A stretch of DNA of 64,000 bases from Octopus vulgaris (lineage: Eukaryota): positions 87,482,001-87,546,000 of the forward strand of contig OX597821.1 of assembly GCA_951406725.2 (NCBI GenBank). The letters are read 5' to 3'. The translations under genes and the position numbers were made by a program. Shown piece by piece: positions 37,411 through 49,584 of the stretch; the stretch's first letter is position 1, and each line of letters begins with the position of its first letter. The notes beneath the pieces were generated by a model. The model searched no databases. It was not told the DNA's origin and saw nothing but the letters and a program-made list of their open reading frames with translations.

Positions 37411-38354
37411 ATATGAAGAATATTTCTATGCAGGAGTGGTACTGTGTGAATGTTATAAGTTTGTGCTTCGTGAGAAATGTATGGTTATGTATGTGTAAAT
37501 ACTCGTGCGTAGGAGTTCCTAGCGGGTGTACCTTAGTGAATGACATGCATATTCCTGTGATTGAGTATGCTTTAAAAACGGAAAACGAAGATTAAATGTT
37601 CGGGTATTCCATGTATCAGGACAATAAACAGAACCAGTTAACTGATCTTCCATCATAAGAAGTATTCTTCAACGAAAGAAAAAAAAAAATTTTTAAGCCA
37701 CCGGAAAATTAAATGATAGATTTGTTACTTTCATATTTTTCTTTCTCGTCATGTGGTGTGTAGCGGCATCACGTTGTGATATGAGTTTGAATCTTCGCAA
37801 AGTTGACTTAATCAGTTAACATTTTGATTTCGATCAAATAATGTATCGGCCAATTATATCGATACAAATACCTGGCCTGGTCTAATAGCTGGTACTCCCC
37901 ATCTAAAAATTCTGGCTTTACTGAGCACTAGAACTTTGGATTAGCTTCAGCTAAATTGTTGGCAAGCAAATATAATTTCCTCGTCCAGGACTTTATAATT
38001 ACCTCTGAAGATTAAAAGATCAAGATATTTTTTATTTGCCTAGGGATTATGAAGAAACTAGTTAAACTAATTTAAAATCATCGAGGCGAGGGCTGAATTA
38101 GTAGAGAACTAGTTAAAAGGCTTTACGGTATTTGCTTCGGCTCTACGTTCTGAGTTCAAATCTTACCAAAATTAACTTTGATTTCATTTATCCGGGGTCG
38201 ACTAAAATTAAGTGCCAGTCCTATACTGAAATCAATAGTATACATTGCCCCCACCCCTGAACATTTCTAGCCTTGACTCTGAAGTTATTATTGTTGAAAT
38301 GTCTCAACCGTTAGGAAATTATTTCTAAAATAGATCACACACACACACACACAC

Positions 38355-38396
<42 letters not shown>

Positions 38397-38404
38397 TCAT
38401 ATAC

Positions 38405-38638
38405 TTATTTCTTTACTACCCACAAGGGGCTAAACACAGAGAGGACAAACAAGGACAGGCAAACGGATTAAATCGATTATATCGACCCCAGTGTTTCACT
38501 GGTACTTAATTTATCGACCCCGAAAGGATGGAAGGCAAAGTCGACCTCAGCGGAATTTGAACTCAGAATGTAACGGCAGACGAAATACCGCAAAGCATTT
38601 CGCCCGGCGTGCTAACGTTTCTGCCAGCTCGCCACCTT
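38405..38638 (-). mobile_element. SINE family B with TSD
   Basis: Reverse complement of the family B consensus; AGAGATCATATAC on both sides. Confidence 0.9.
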
Positions 38639-39473
38639 CATATAGAGATCATATACCAAGGCAAAGAAACACACATTCACAGACATACCTACACCCAAAT
38701 ACATACGTTAACATATGTGTATGAGTGGATAAGTAATTGAATACGTATGCATGAGTACGTACAGCTTTGCATGTATATGTATATATGTATGCACATATGT
38801 GTATGTGGACATTTATGGATATATTCAAAGGTAGCTATACAGAGTGCCAGTTATAAAGATATTTGGAGAGCTTTGGACAGGATGCAATGTTGAATGGTTA
38901 TCGGTTGTGAGCTTTAAGTTCAAATGGTCAAAGTAGCCGAGGTTAAACATGATGTAGATCGTTTTGGGATTTTATAAAATACCAGTAAGGTTCGGTACTT
39001 GGGGCAATTCTTTTTCTTGTTCTTATTTGCCTTCTTCTTCTTCTTCTTCTGTGTCTTCGTCTTGTTGTTTTTGTTCTTTTTCTTTGGTTATCTGTCTTTC
39101 CCTGACTCTCTCATTGTCTTCCATACACGCGTGCGCACATGCACGCACGCGCACACACACACACACACACACATCTGCTGCGTTAAAACTCGAAGAGCTG
39201 CCAGCTCCGCACTGCTTAAAATGCCTAAAACACATCAGCACCCTTCCGATTTCATCAGGAGGTGTGCGCTCAAGGAAGGAAGTTATATAAGTTGGACAGA
39301 TTGATTTATAAATAACTGAACATAATTGTGCATACACACAAAACCTACACAACCACATACATACACACATTTATGGGCCCAAGGAAAGAAGAAATACAAG
39401 TTCAACAGACATAGATTATTTCTAAGTATCTAGTTACATGAACGAATACCCACAGATAGACACTTACATACAC

Positions 39474-39544
<71 letters not shown>

Positions 39545-39601
39545 CACACGTGTGTGCGTATGTGAGTGTATGCGGTATATGCATCAATACGCAGATATGT
39601 A

Positions 39602-40150
39602 TTGGGTTGTCCGGAAAGTTCGTGCCGATTTTTAAAGGTAAGAAAAAGGTAAATAAATACTTCCTATTACATTTTTAATCAATCAAATATGCCAAATATG
39701 AACCATTTTGTTGCACAATGCGTCTCCATCTTTTATTTAACTTGAAAATACCCTCTTCCCAGAATTGAGGTGGTTTCATGGCAAAGAATTCATCAAGGTA
39801 TTTTTTTACGTCATCCAAAGAATTGAAATGTTTACCATTAAGACGATTCTTCAGACACCTGAATAAGTGGAAATCCGAAGGAGCAATATCTGGTGAATAT
39901 GGAGGGTAGGGTAACACATCTCAGCCAAGCTGCAGCAATTTTTGTCTGGTTCCCAAAGCATCAAGTGCCGAAAATGAACGTTCTTATCTTCCATTTTAAA
40001 TGGTTACAGAATTAACACAGGTTATAGGAACATAAACCTTCTTCCGTGAAAAGATAGCTTAAACTGTGCTCTAAATAGACTCAACCATGTTCTAAAATAA
40101 GTCGAAATGTAAGCTACTATAAATTAACACGAACTTTCCGGACAACCTAA
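39602..40150 (-). mobile_element. Internally deleted mariner transposon
   Basis: TA-flanked TIRs TTGGGTTGTCCGGAAAGTTCGTG / CACGAACTTTCCGGACAACCTAA; N-terminus MEDKNVHFRHLML (ATG 39994) fused to C-terminus ..DVLPYPPYSPDIAPSDFHLF..WRRIVQQNGSY. Confidence 0.93.
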
Positions 40151-40904
40151 TAGTTAAGCTTGCTAAGTCGTAGAAACCGGTAGACAGATACTCAGCTAGA
40201 TACAGAAATTGAGAAAATAGAATCCCTATTATAATAATACTATGATAATATACTACTATAATGTAATATAGAATCTTTGTAGCTACATATTAGGTGACAT
40301 ACGGAGATATATTTTATATGCGTGTACGAATAAAAGAGTTTTCAAGAAATGGATTCTTTCCGCGCGCGTGCGTATGTTAATTAGAGGTATTGGTATGTAC
40401 GTATGTGCATGTGTGGAGTTTATACATACATATATGTGTGTGTGTATGTTTTTACACACACGTACATACACACACACACACATATATGTATATATGTGTG
40501 TGTGTGTGCGTGTGTGTATGTATGTATATAGATGCATGTGCGTATATATATATATATGCACACACACACACATATATATATATATACACACACACACACA
40601 TACACATGAATATGCGGTAAACTGCTGTGTGCAAATCAACTTTCTGGGTTCGAAAAATCTCTCCAAAACTAGGGGTCGACTTATACGCGTATTGTAGTCA
40701 TCAACGTAGAATATTCTTAGGAAAACCATCAGTAACAACAATCCCAATAGAACCAAAATGATGTACCTAAATGGTGGACATAGGCCGAACACTGAATTTT
40801 GATGTACAGGTTTTAAGATCGACATATATGCGAGGTCGACTTGTACGTCGCTACGTTCATACATGCATGCATACATACATTCACATAGGTACTATATTAT
40901 CATT

Positions 40905-41254
40905 CATTTATATTTTTCCGTCATTTGACTGTGGCCATACCGGAGCACCGCCTCTAGTCGAACAAATCGACCCTAGGATTTATTCTTTGTAAGCCTACTA
41001 CTTATTCTATCGATCTCTTTTGTCGAACTGCTATCTTACGGTGGCGTAAACAAACCAGCATCAGTTGTCAAGCGACACACAGACACACAAACAGGGTGTT
41101 CTTTCAGTTTCCGTCAACCAAATCCACTCACAAGGCTCTGGTCGTCCTGGGGCTATAGTAGAAGACACTTGCCCATGGTGCCACACAGTGGAACTGAACC
41201 TGGAACCATGTGGTTGGTAAGCAATCTACTTACCACACAGCCACTCCTGCGCCT
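40905..41254 (-). mobile_element. SINE family A
   Basis: Plus strand ends ACCACACAGCCACTCCTGCGCC, the reverse complement of the head. Confidence 0.9.
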
Positions 41255-41435
41255 ATATATAATATCATATAATAAAATAGAATAAAATAATGTGTGAGTG
41301 TTCGCGTAACTTTATGGAAGATGACCCCGCATACACGTCAATCGTAAGAATCCTAGCGCAAAATTGTAAACACACCTTCATATTCATTGATATGTACATA
41401 CGTGTGTCTGTGTGTGCATGCTTGCGCCTGTGCTT

Positions 41436-42032
41436 GTCTCACCCGCCACTTAATAGCTGCTGTTGGTTTGTTTATATCCCTAAAATCAAACGGTTCAGAA
41501 AAAGAAACCGACAGAATAAGTACGACACTATATGAAAAAAAAGTGGATTGGTGTTAATCTGTTCCACTAAAACCCTTTCTAGACGGAGCCCCAGCATAGG
41601 CGCAGACCAATGACTGAAGCAAATAGAATATAAATGAAATATAAGAAAAAAACCCAAAAGATTTATAGTTAATTCTACTGGGATGCGAAACCGTGTTGCT
41701 GCTATCTTCATTTCTACACCGCTGTACTGTCCGTGTTCGTCTCACCCGCCACTTAATAGTTACTGTTGGTTTGTTTATATCCCTAAAATCAAGCGGTTCA
41801 GAAAAAGAAACCGACAGAATAAGTACGATACTATATGAAAAAAAAGTGGATTGGTGTCAATCTGTTCCACTAAAACCTTTTCTAGGCGGAGCCCCAGCAT
41901 GGGCGCAGACCAATGACTGAAGCAAATAGAATATAAATGAAATACAAAAAAAAAAAAGCAAATGACTTATAGTTAATTCTACTGGGATGCGAAACCGTGT
42001 TGCTGCGATCTTCCTTTCTACATCGCTGTACT
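41436..42032 (+). repeat. Tandem duplication, ~303-bp period, containing a diverged SINE A tail
   Basis: GTCTCACCCGCCACTTAATAG..CGCTGTACT at 41436-41728 and 41739-42032. Confidence 0.9.
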
Positions 42033-42414
42033 CCCCATTCTCTTTGATCTAATTACTCTCCATCATTTAACTGTTTTACAAATGAGCCGTTCCTTTACGG
42101 GTTTATTTTTGGCTAAGCCATTCCTACCATCTACAATAGAATGATGGAGGTGCTAGGGGGTGCGCTGGAAGAAGGTAAGGAAACGTAAATAATAGAAGGG
42201 GAAGAAGTGGATGGAGGAGGAAAGGAGAAAGAAATTACTCGAAGTTAGTTGGTAATGATGTTTGTCAATATTTGGAAAAGCACATTAATGAACACAGAAA
42301 TGATAGGTAGATTGGCTTTTATGAAGTTGTTAAACGTTATTTCGGGAGCTTGATCCAAAAGGCTCACATCCTCTTACGTACGTATATATACATATATAAA
42401 CAAACTCCGCCTAC

Positions 42415-42421
42415 ATACATG

Positions 42422-42480
<59 letters not shown>

Positions 42481-42643
42481 GTGTGTATATGTATATATAT
42501 ATACATTATATATGTATGTGTGTGTGTATATGTATATATATATACGTTATATATGTATGTATGCATATATATATATATATATATATATATACATTATATA
42601 TGTATGTGTGTGTGCATATGTATATATATATACATTATATATG

Positions 42644-42708
<65 letters not shown>

Positions 42709-42880
42709 ATATATATATATATATATACATACATATATACATAGTACACATATGCGTACATATATAAAATCATGCTTATATATGTGCACATATACATACA
42801 CACATAAAAACACACAGCCACAAACCGCATATATATATATGAATAGCATACATACATGCATACATAAGCACACATATACA
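42415..42880. repeat. (TA)n compound microsatellite
   Basis: Direct reading. Confidence 0.9.
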
Positions 42881-43495
42881 TCTTAAAGGGGACATAGGAT
42901 ATGAAAAGGTAATCGAAAGGGATGCAGCGATGGTAGAATTTCCCTTAGGTATAGAAAACACAAAGGAGTTATTTTTCTCTGCAAATTGAAACTATTTTAG
43001 GACAGAATTGGTGGTGAAGTGAAAGAAGGAAAGAGAGATAGAGACAGACAGATAAAATAGATAGATAGATAGAAAGAGAGAGAGAGAGAGAGAGAAGAAG
43101 GGAGAGTTAGAGTAAGAGAAACTAGAGGCAAGGGAGAGAAACAGATAGATGAGAGAAAGAGGTGGGAGTAAGAGAAACTGGTAGCGACATGAGAAGACGG
43201 CAAGGAAAAAGGATGAAAATAAGCTGAAATAGAAGATACAGAGATAAGTAAGGACAGAGAAAGTGATGGATAGATGTACAATCTATGGATTAACAAACAC
43301 AGAGAAAGAAAGTGAGAGATAAAACATCAAATCTGATTGGATAAAAGGGACAAGGTGAATGCTGGAGATAATCTTGACTAATAGATGATGGTAAAATATA
43401 CAGTATTTAGGCGCAGTAGCGGCTGTGTGGTAAAAAGCTTGCTCCCCAACCACACGGTCTCGGGTTCAGTAGACAGAAACTGAAAGAAGCCCGCC

Positions 43496-43533
<38 letters not shown>

Positions 43534-43576
43534 CAATAATAAATCTCTGAGCGAGATATAAACAGTAACTGCTCTA

Positions 43577-43688
43577 TAACATAAGAGGGATCAGCCATCT
43601 GAATGTGGCTAGGGTCAGGGCGGGGTAACACCCCCACCACCCCGCCCTGACCCTAGCCACATTCAGATGGCTGATCCCTCTTATGTTA
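43577..43688. repeat. Perfect 50-bp inverted repeat, 12-nt spacer, between (TA)n tracts
   Basis: TAACATAAGAGGGATCAGCC..GGGCGGGGT (43577-43626) and its reverse complement (43639-43688). Confidence 0.9.
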
Positions 43689-43841
43689 GATATATATATA
43701 TATATAGTTAATCCAAACATGAACAAAGAGAAAACACAACAACGCGAGGAGGTGGAAATTTCGAACCTGAGTTCTCATTCCTAAGGTGTTTTTCGATGTT
43801 ATTATTAATTATTATTACTATTATTATCAATTCTTCTTCTT

Positions 43842-43919
<78 letters not shown>

Positions 43920-43950
43920 ATCACTGCCTCGAATCGAACTCGGAGTCAGC

Positions 43951-43990
43951 CTGATGAAGGGCGGAGGGCATATCAGCCGAAACGTGTTAA
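43951..43990 (+). ncRNA. Degenerate hammerhead core, stem I lost
   Basis: CUGAUGA-AG-GGC..GCC-GAAA-C-GU-GUU; upstream sequence does not pair with downstream. Confidence 0.35.
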
Positions 43991-44835
43991 CAACAAACAA
44001 GATGAGGACAAAAATCCGTCAAATGTTAACAATGTAAATAATGTACATAATTCCTCATCTCTTAAATATAGAACTATATTGCTCACTGAATATACTGCAT
44101 AATGTTTCTGCACAGGGAGTTCAAGCTTAGGCATAAGTAAAGGTCTTTTATTCCTTCAATTGCAGATCGATAAAATAAGGAATCAGAAAAAAAAAAAAAA
44201 TTATCCAGCAAGGATTTTGCGTAACTCCAGATACTGAAGTGTTGAGTAAAATGTGAGTTGAATTTCGAATTAGGATAAAATTACGAAGAAAACAACACAA
44301 TCTCTCGTCAAAAATAAAACAATAAGTTTATGGTAAAACGATTCCAACCTATGTATTTTGCAACAACGCCATAATAAATTGGTGCATAGTGGTGCAAGAG
44401 GGAGAGAAACGTTATCCAGTGAACATCATTCTTCCTCCTCCTCTACTACTACAACTACTAAACCGTTGTTTATGGTGAGGGAGATTCTTGTTATGAACAC
44501 ACACAGACACACACACACACACATACATTACACTCTCGCATGTAAAACAAGATGGGAAAATAATAACCGAAATTCAAAGCTAGAATCAAAGATAGCGTTA
44601 TATGCAATTGAATATCTTTCATGTAACCGAACATCCGACTGACTATATATATATATATGAACATTTAATGCGGTTTTAGAGTCAAGTTTTGACTGCTATT
44701 TCCAGCGTGGAGGTATCTCTTAGATACCCTAAATTATAATTTTAAATAATTATTACCCTTGAAAGGTTTTTATTCCCATGCTGGCCACCTGATAAGATCG
44801 GTATTTAAATATCGACCATGTCCTCATTTATATAA

Positions 44836-44922
<87 letters not shown>

Positions 44923-45104
44923 TATGACCATAGCATCTTGTTTTGGCTACACGCGGGTGGGAAGGGGCTGGTGACACAATCCTTTCATTCACACTTTGAG
45001 TTTGGTGATACTAGTTGCGGATTCTAGCTCGCTCTGATACTGAGTTGAGTTGGTGCCTTCTAGTATCTCAAAATTCAATATATAATCACTTATGATTATA
45101 GTAT

Positions 45105-45204
45105 TCTACGCTGAAGAGAAAAGAAGTTTGGGTAACGTAGAATTATTTAATATTTAATTCTTATGCTTTCCTAAAAACTTGATTTCGAAACGTGCGTCCG
45201 TAGA
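45105..45204 (+). ncRNA. Type I hammerhead ribozyme, copy 1 (predicted cleavage after 45198)
   Basis: UCUACG-CUGAAGA-[69-nt stem II: GAAA/UUUC, AAGUUU/AAACUU, GAAUUA/UAAUUC]-GAAA-C-GUGC-GUC^CGUAGA; perfect 6-bp stem I. Confidence 0.85.
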
Positions 45205-45700
45205 TAACTTAAAATTGTATGATAGATTGCCGTCAATTCATTCTCTCTTACCTGTTTGTGTCTGCCTTCCAATTGCTGTGTTTTTTACTGAGATCTCCCT
45301 TTTTAGTAGAAGAAATAGCTATAACTCTTTGACTGCTATTTCTAAATTCGGTCTGTGGTAAGGCAATTCGTTGCTAAACCCTTTATTGCTTAGTATTACT
45401 TAAATTTTCCTCGAATGAGGCTTTTACATGCCGAAGACTACTTGGTGTAATTGATAATTATTCCAAATTAATTAATTTCACCCTTCATTATTACGGATAA
45501 CCATATTTTATCTCAGTAGATGACCATAGCATCTTGTTTTGGCTACACGCGGGTGGGAAGGGGCTGGTGACACAATCCTTTCATTCACACTTTGAGTTTG
45601 GTGATACTAGTTGCGGATTCTAGCTCGCTCTGATACTGAGTTGAGTTGGTGCCTTCTAGTATCTCAAAATTCAATATATAATCACTTATGATTATAGTAT

Positions 45701-45800
45701 TCTACGCTGAAGAGAAAAGAAGTTTGGGTAACGTAGAATTATTTAATATTTAATTCTTATGCTTTCCTAAAAACTTGATTTCGAAACGTGCGTCCGTAGA
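45701..45800 (+). ncRNA. Type I hammerhead ribozyme, copy 2 (predicted cleavage after 45794)
   Basis: Identical to 45105-45204, 596 nt downstream. Confidence 0.85.
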
Positions 45801-46112
45801 TAACTTAAAATTGTATGATAGATTGCCGTCAATTCATTCTCTCTTACCTGTTTGTGTCTGCCTTCCAATTGCTGTGTTTTTTACTGAGATTTCCCTTTTT
45901 AGTAGAAGAAATAGCTATAACTCTTTGACTGCTATTTCTAAATTCGGTCTGTGGTAAGGCAATTCGTTGCTAAACCCTTTATTGCTTAGTATATATATAT
46001 ATATATATTCATAAATGAGGGTGAAAAATTAGATATTAATTTAATAATACCGTCAGTTTAACACCAAGTGGCCCAACACATAGAAACCAGGGAGACAGTA
46101 CAAATTTATATA

Positions 46113-46474
46113 TAAATATAAGAGAGTTAACGATAAGTGGCTAACTCTAGTGCTAGAAATAGCTCCTTATTCTGGTATAGCCACCGAAGATTTTTTCCAC
46201 AGCAGAAATAGCATTACCTTCAACGTAAGGGAAGCGAAATACAACAAAAAGATAGATTAATACTGAACAATTGTTTCCTTATCAGCATAATATGTAATTA
46301 TACTCACATATTTGTCTATAAGTCATCGGCAGCATTTGTCCTCGATACAATTTATCAGACTTCCTTACGTTGAAGGTAATGCTATTTCTGCTGTGGAAAA
46401 AATCTTCGGTGGCTATACCAGAATAAGGAGCTATTTCTAGCACTAGAGTTAGCCACTTATCGTTAACTCTCTTA

Positions 46475-46480
<6 letters not shown>
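46113..46480. repeat. 118-bp inverted repeat (46113-46230 / 46363-46480) in a pLTR-like unit
   Basis: TAAATATAAGAGAGTTAACG..CAACGTAAGG and its reverse complement; (TA)n flanks. Confidence 0.9.
46261..46334 (-). ncRNA. Type I hammerhead with U4C core change, probably impaired
   Basis: Minus strand UGCUG-CCGAUGA-CUUAU...AUAAG-GAAA-C-AAUU-GUU^CAGUA; palindromic ACAAUUGU. Confidence 0.6.
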
Positions 46481-46531
<51 letters not shown>

Positions 46532-46602
46532 GTTTATTAAAGCTGAAAAATGTATCCAAAGCGGTTACTCAGTGTTGTACGTTCCCACTAGTCGGACAGT
46601 TG

Positions 46603-46635
<33 letters not shown>

Positions 46636-46717
46636 TACAAGGGTACTACGTGAGCACCTGCATCGTTAAAAATAGAAGTCAAAAATACTTCTGTGCTACG
46701 AAATAGTTACAAAATTC

Positions 46718-47097
46718 GAGGCGCTCCGTTGGTACGAGGACGAGGGTTCCAGTTGATCCGATCAACGGAACAGCCTGCTCGTGAAATTAACGTACAAGTG
46801 GCTAAGCACTCCACAGAAACGTGTACTCTTAAAGTAGTCCTCGGAGAGATTCAGCGTGACACAGAAGGTTACAAGGCTGGTCCTTTGAAATAAAGGTACA
46901 ACAGAAAGAGGAAGAAAGAGGAAGAGAAAGTTGTGATGAAAGAGTACAGCAGGGTTCGCCACCACATCCTGTCGGAGCCTCGTGGAGCTTTAGGTGTTTT
47001 CGCTCAATAAACACTTACAACACCCGATCTGAAAATCGAAACCACGATCCTACGACCGCGAGTCTGCTATCCTAACCAATGGGCCATTGCGCCTCCA
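46718..47097 (-). mobile_element. SINE family C
   Basis: Colinear with 7559-7961; TSD-like GT(T/C)ACAAAATT. Confidence 0.9.
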
Positions 47098-47372
47098 CTG
47101 TCACAAAATTAATACAAGCATGGTAGGAAAAAATTCTACTGAACAATAAAATCGTTTTACCTCTGTTAGGTCAGCAAAAGTAATGCTGGTTAGTTTGATA
47201 TCATGATTTCGAATTTAGCGCCAAACGGCGCCTGATTCGCGTCACCCAAACCTGCCGGCCAGCAACTTCTAAAATTTTCCCCCATCATGCTTGCAAATTC
47301 ATTTGAAGTCGCCAAACACCACTTAAACAAACGAAATACGTGAAATTATTTATGTGTAAATATGAGAGTGAT

Positions 47373-47508
47373 AGTACTTGTCATAAAACCGTCACTAGTG
47401 GCAGTGAATACCATCTGTACAGGCAAAATTAATAAAATATATCTTTTATTAATTTTGCCTGTACGGCTGGTATTCGCTGCCACTAAGTGATGGTATTTTG
47501 ATAGTACT
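47373..47508. repeat. Imperfect palindrome / MITE-like hairpin, ~65-bp arms
   Basis: GTGGCAGTGAATACCATCTGTACAGGCAAAATTAATAAAA-tatatc-TTTTATTAATTTTGCCTGTACGGCTGGTATTCGCTGCCAC. Confidence 0.8.
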
Positions 47509-47847
47509 GGGGAGTCCCCCTTCGATCATGAACGACCATGGGATTGCACCTAGAAAGTTACCCTCCGAGGAACTAGTCCGGGCAAGATTGTTTATGGAAG
47601 ACCAGCAGTCGCCCATGCATACCAACCTCCCCTCTCCTCGCCATCGATGTTATCCAAGGGAAAGGCAATGGCTTGGCATCAGGCTTGGCATCAGTGATGT
47701 CGCAACTCATTTCTACAGCTGAGTTAACTGGAGCAACGTAAAATAAGTGTCTTGCTCAAGAACACGACACGCAGCCCGGTCCGGAATCGAACTCACAACC
47801 TCACGATCGTAAGCTCGACGCTCAAACCACTAAGCCATGCGCCTTCC
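47509..47847 (-). mobile_element. SINE with family D head and a different, RTE-like tail
   Basis: Head GAAGGCGCATGGCTTAGTGG..GAGTTCGATTCC and core match 8356; tail ends GCAATCCCATGGTCGTTCATGATCGAAGGGGGAC. Confidence 0.8.
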
Positions 47848-47877
47848 CTGATTGTAGTATCAGTCTCCTATATACTC

Positions 47878-47913
<36 letters not shown>

Positions 47914-48229
47914 ATAGGTATATATCATTAATGATAGAAAAATAAGTCAGTGATGGAGGTATTTTTCCTTACTATATTTCTAAATAGATATGTAAGTTGG
48001 GATATTTCTCAGGAAACTGTATATGACTATCTGATGCTTTGACGGTCCTGTCGTCTGCGTATGTAAACCCGGCTCTCCCGTGTACCAGTTCAAGCGTAAA
48101 GCCTATTTATGACTCTAGCCTTTGCAATAGTGACCAAGTGCCAAAACCTACAGAAGAGATGAAAACCGGCTATACTTAGGACAATTGCATAGTACAATAA
48201 TTAACGACGAATATGAAGCTGAAAGGGAA

Positions 48230-48680
48230 TAATTAATTACAATGTTATTGGTTGCGTAATCTTAATCTGCAAAGAATGCTTGTGTGGGCTTTCAGGATTG
48301 AGACCTTTATGGAAATTACTCCAGCATTGTTAAAACCGACAGGAAAGAAGTGGCATAAATCAAACGCAGGTTCTTAGAGAATGAGAAAATGACTTTACTC
48401 TGAGATATGCATGCGAATAAACACAGGTAAATCAAGGTAAATCGAACAGATGTTGCTATAAAAGATACGTAGAGATAGGATTTCATCCAGATCAAAGTAT
48501 TAGTGAATCGCTAACAGAAATATAGAAATTATTCAAATATAAATATCTGGAAATAGCAGTAGAAGCAATCTTTATAATAATATATTTACAGAACGATAAA
48601 GCAATATTAAAAAATGCAGGTAAATACATAAGCAAAATTTTGGGATTATATATATATACATCATACTGAAAATAGCATTA
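48230..48680 (+). mobile_element. R4/Dong-like LINE remnant, restriction-like endonuclease region
   Basis: KWHK../FLENEKMTLL*DMHANKHR*IKVNRTDVAIKD..KLFKYKYLEIAV resembles ENE..ILWD..TDR.IKANRPD..EKL.KYKDLEI. Confidence 0.5.
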
Positions 48681-48873
48681 CTAGTCAAGATACACGTATT
48701 ACGCTGAGTGTTTTCAATGCAACAAATAAACAAAAACCAACAAAGAACGAAAACAATGTACTTACTTTCAACCCGTGTATTCGCTGTATAGTTTTAAAGG
48801 TACAGCAATAAGTTCCATTGCTTTTGCTGTTTTTCAGTTGAGATAATTTCTCCCTATATGTCCCAGAAGGCTT

Positions 48874-49105
48874 TACTCTCTTTTACTCTTTTACTTGTTT
48901 CAGTCATTTGACTGCGGCCATGCTGGAGCACCGCCTTTAGTCGAGCAACTCGACCCCGGGACTTATTCTTTTTGTAAGCCCAGTACTTATTCTATCGGTC
49001 CCTTTTTGCCGAACCGCTAAGTGACGGGGACGTAAACACACCAGCATCGGTTGTCAAGCAATGCTAGGGGGACAAACACAGACACACAAACACACACACA
49101 CACAT

Positions 49106-49172
<67 letters not shown>

Positions 49173-49332
49173 TACGACAGGCTTCTTTCAGTTTCCGTCT
49201 ACCAAATCCACTCACAAGGCATTGGTCGGCCCGGGGCTATAGCAGAAGACACTTGCCCAAGATGCCACGCAGTGGGACTGAACCCGGAACCATGTGGTTG
49301 GTTAGCAAGCTACTTACCACACAGCCACTCCT
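48874..49332 (-). mobile_element. SINE family A, well preserved
   Basis: Full reverse complement with (TAAAAGAG)n tail and expanded internal (TA)(TG). Confidence 0.92.
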
Positions 49333-49584
49333 TGTTGCAGTACTAGATAAACTTAATTTAATGCGAAAATTTAATCTGTTTCCGTGTTTTCTTAGACAAA
49401 GATGTTGAATTTTCCTCTTTACTCTCTCCTGGATTATATCCTGTGACAAAAATATGCTGTTGGATTTTATAAAACTCTCCCAGTTACATTTAATGGGAAG
49501 GCTTAATTCTTGTACAGCTGCTGCTGCATGAACAGACTGCAGTTTTTGGGATCGGGTAAGAGTTGCTTCTGTTGTCGCCAGTGT

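Larger units (their letters stand above)
44924..45992 (+). mobile_element. Retrozyme-like / tandem pLTR element: 596-bp period, 469-bp direct repeats, two hammerheads
   Basis: ATGACCATAGCATC starts at 44924 and 45520; repeats end at 45396 and 45992 region; (TA)n on both sides; no recognisable coding sequence. Confidence 0.8.

Noticed and set aside
40612-40850. GGGGTCGACTTATAC motifs resembling pogo/Tigger-type MITE subterminal repeats
   Set aside because: Could not define paired TIRs or a TSD.
45179-45957. Identical 60-aa ORFs at 45179 and 45775
   Set aside because: By-product of the 596-bp tandem; non-ATG start and overlaps the ribozyme.
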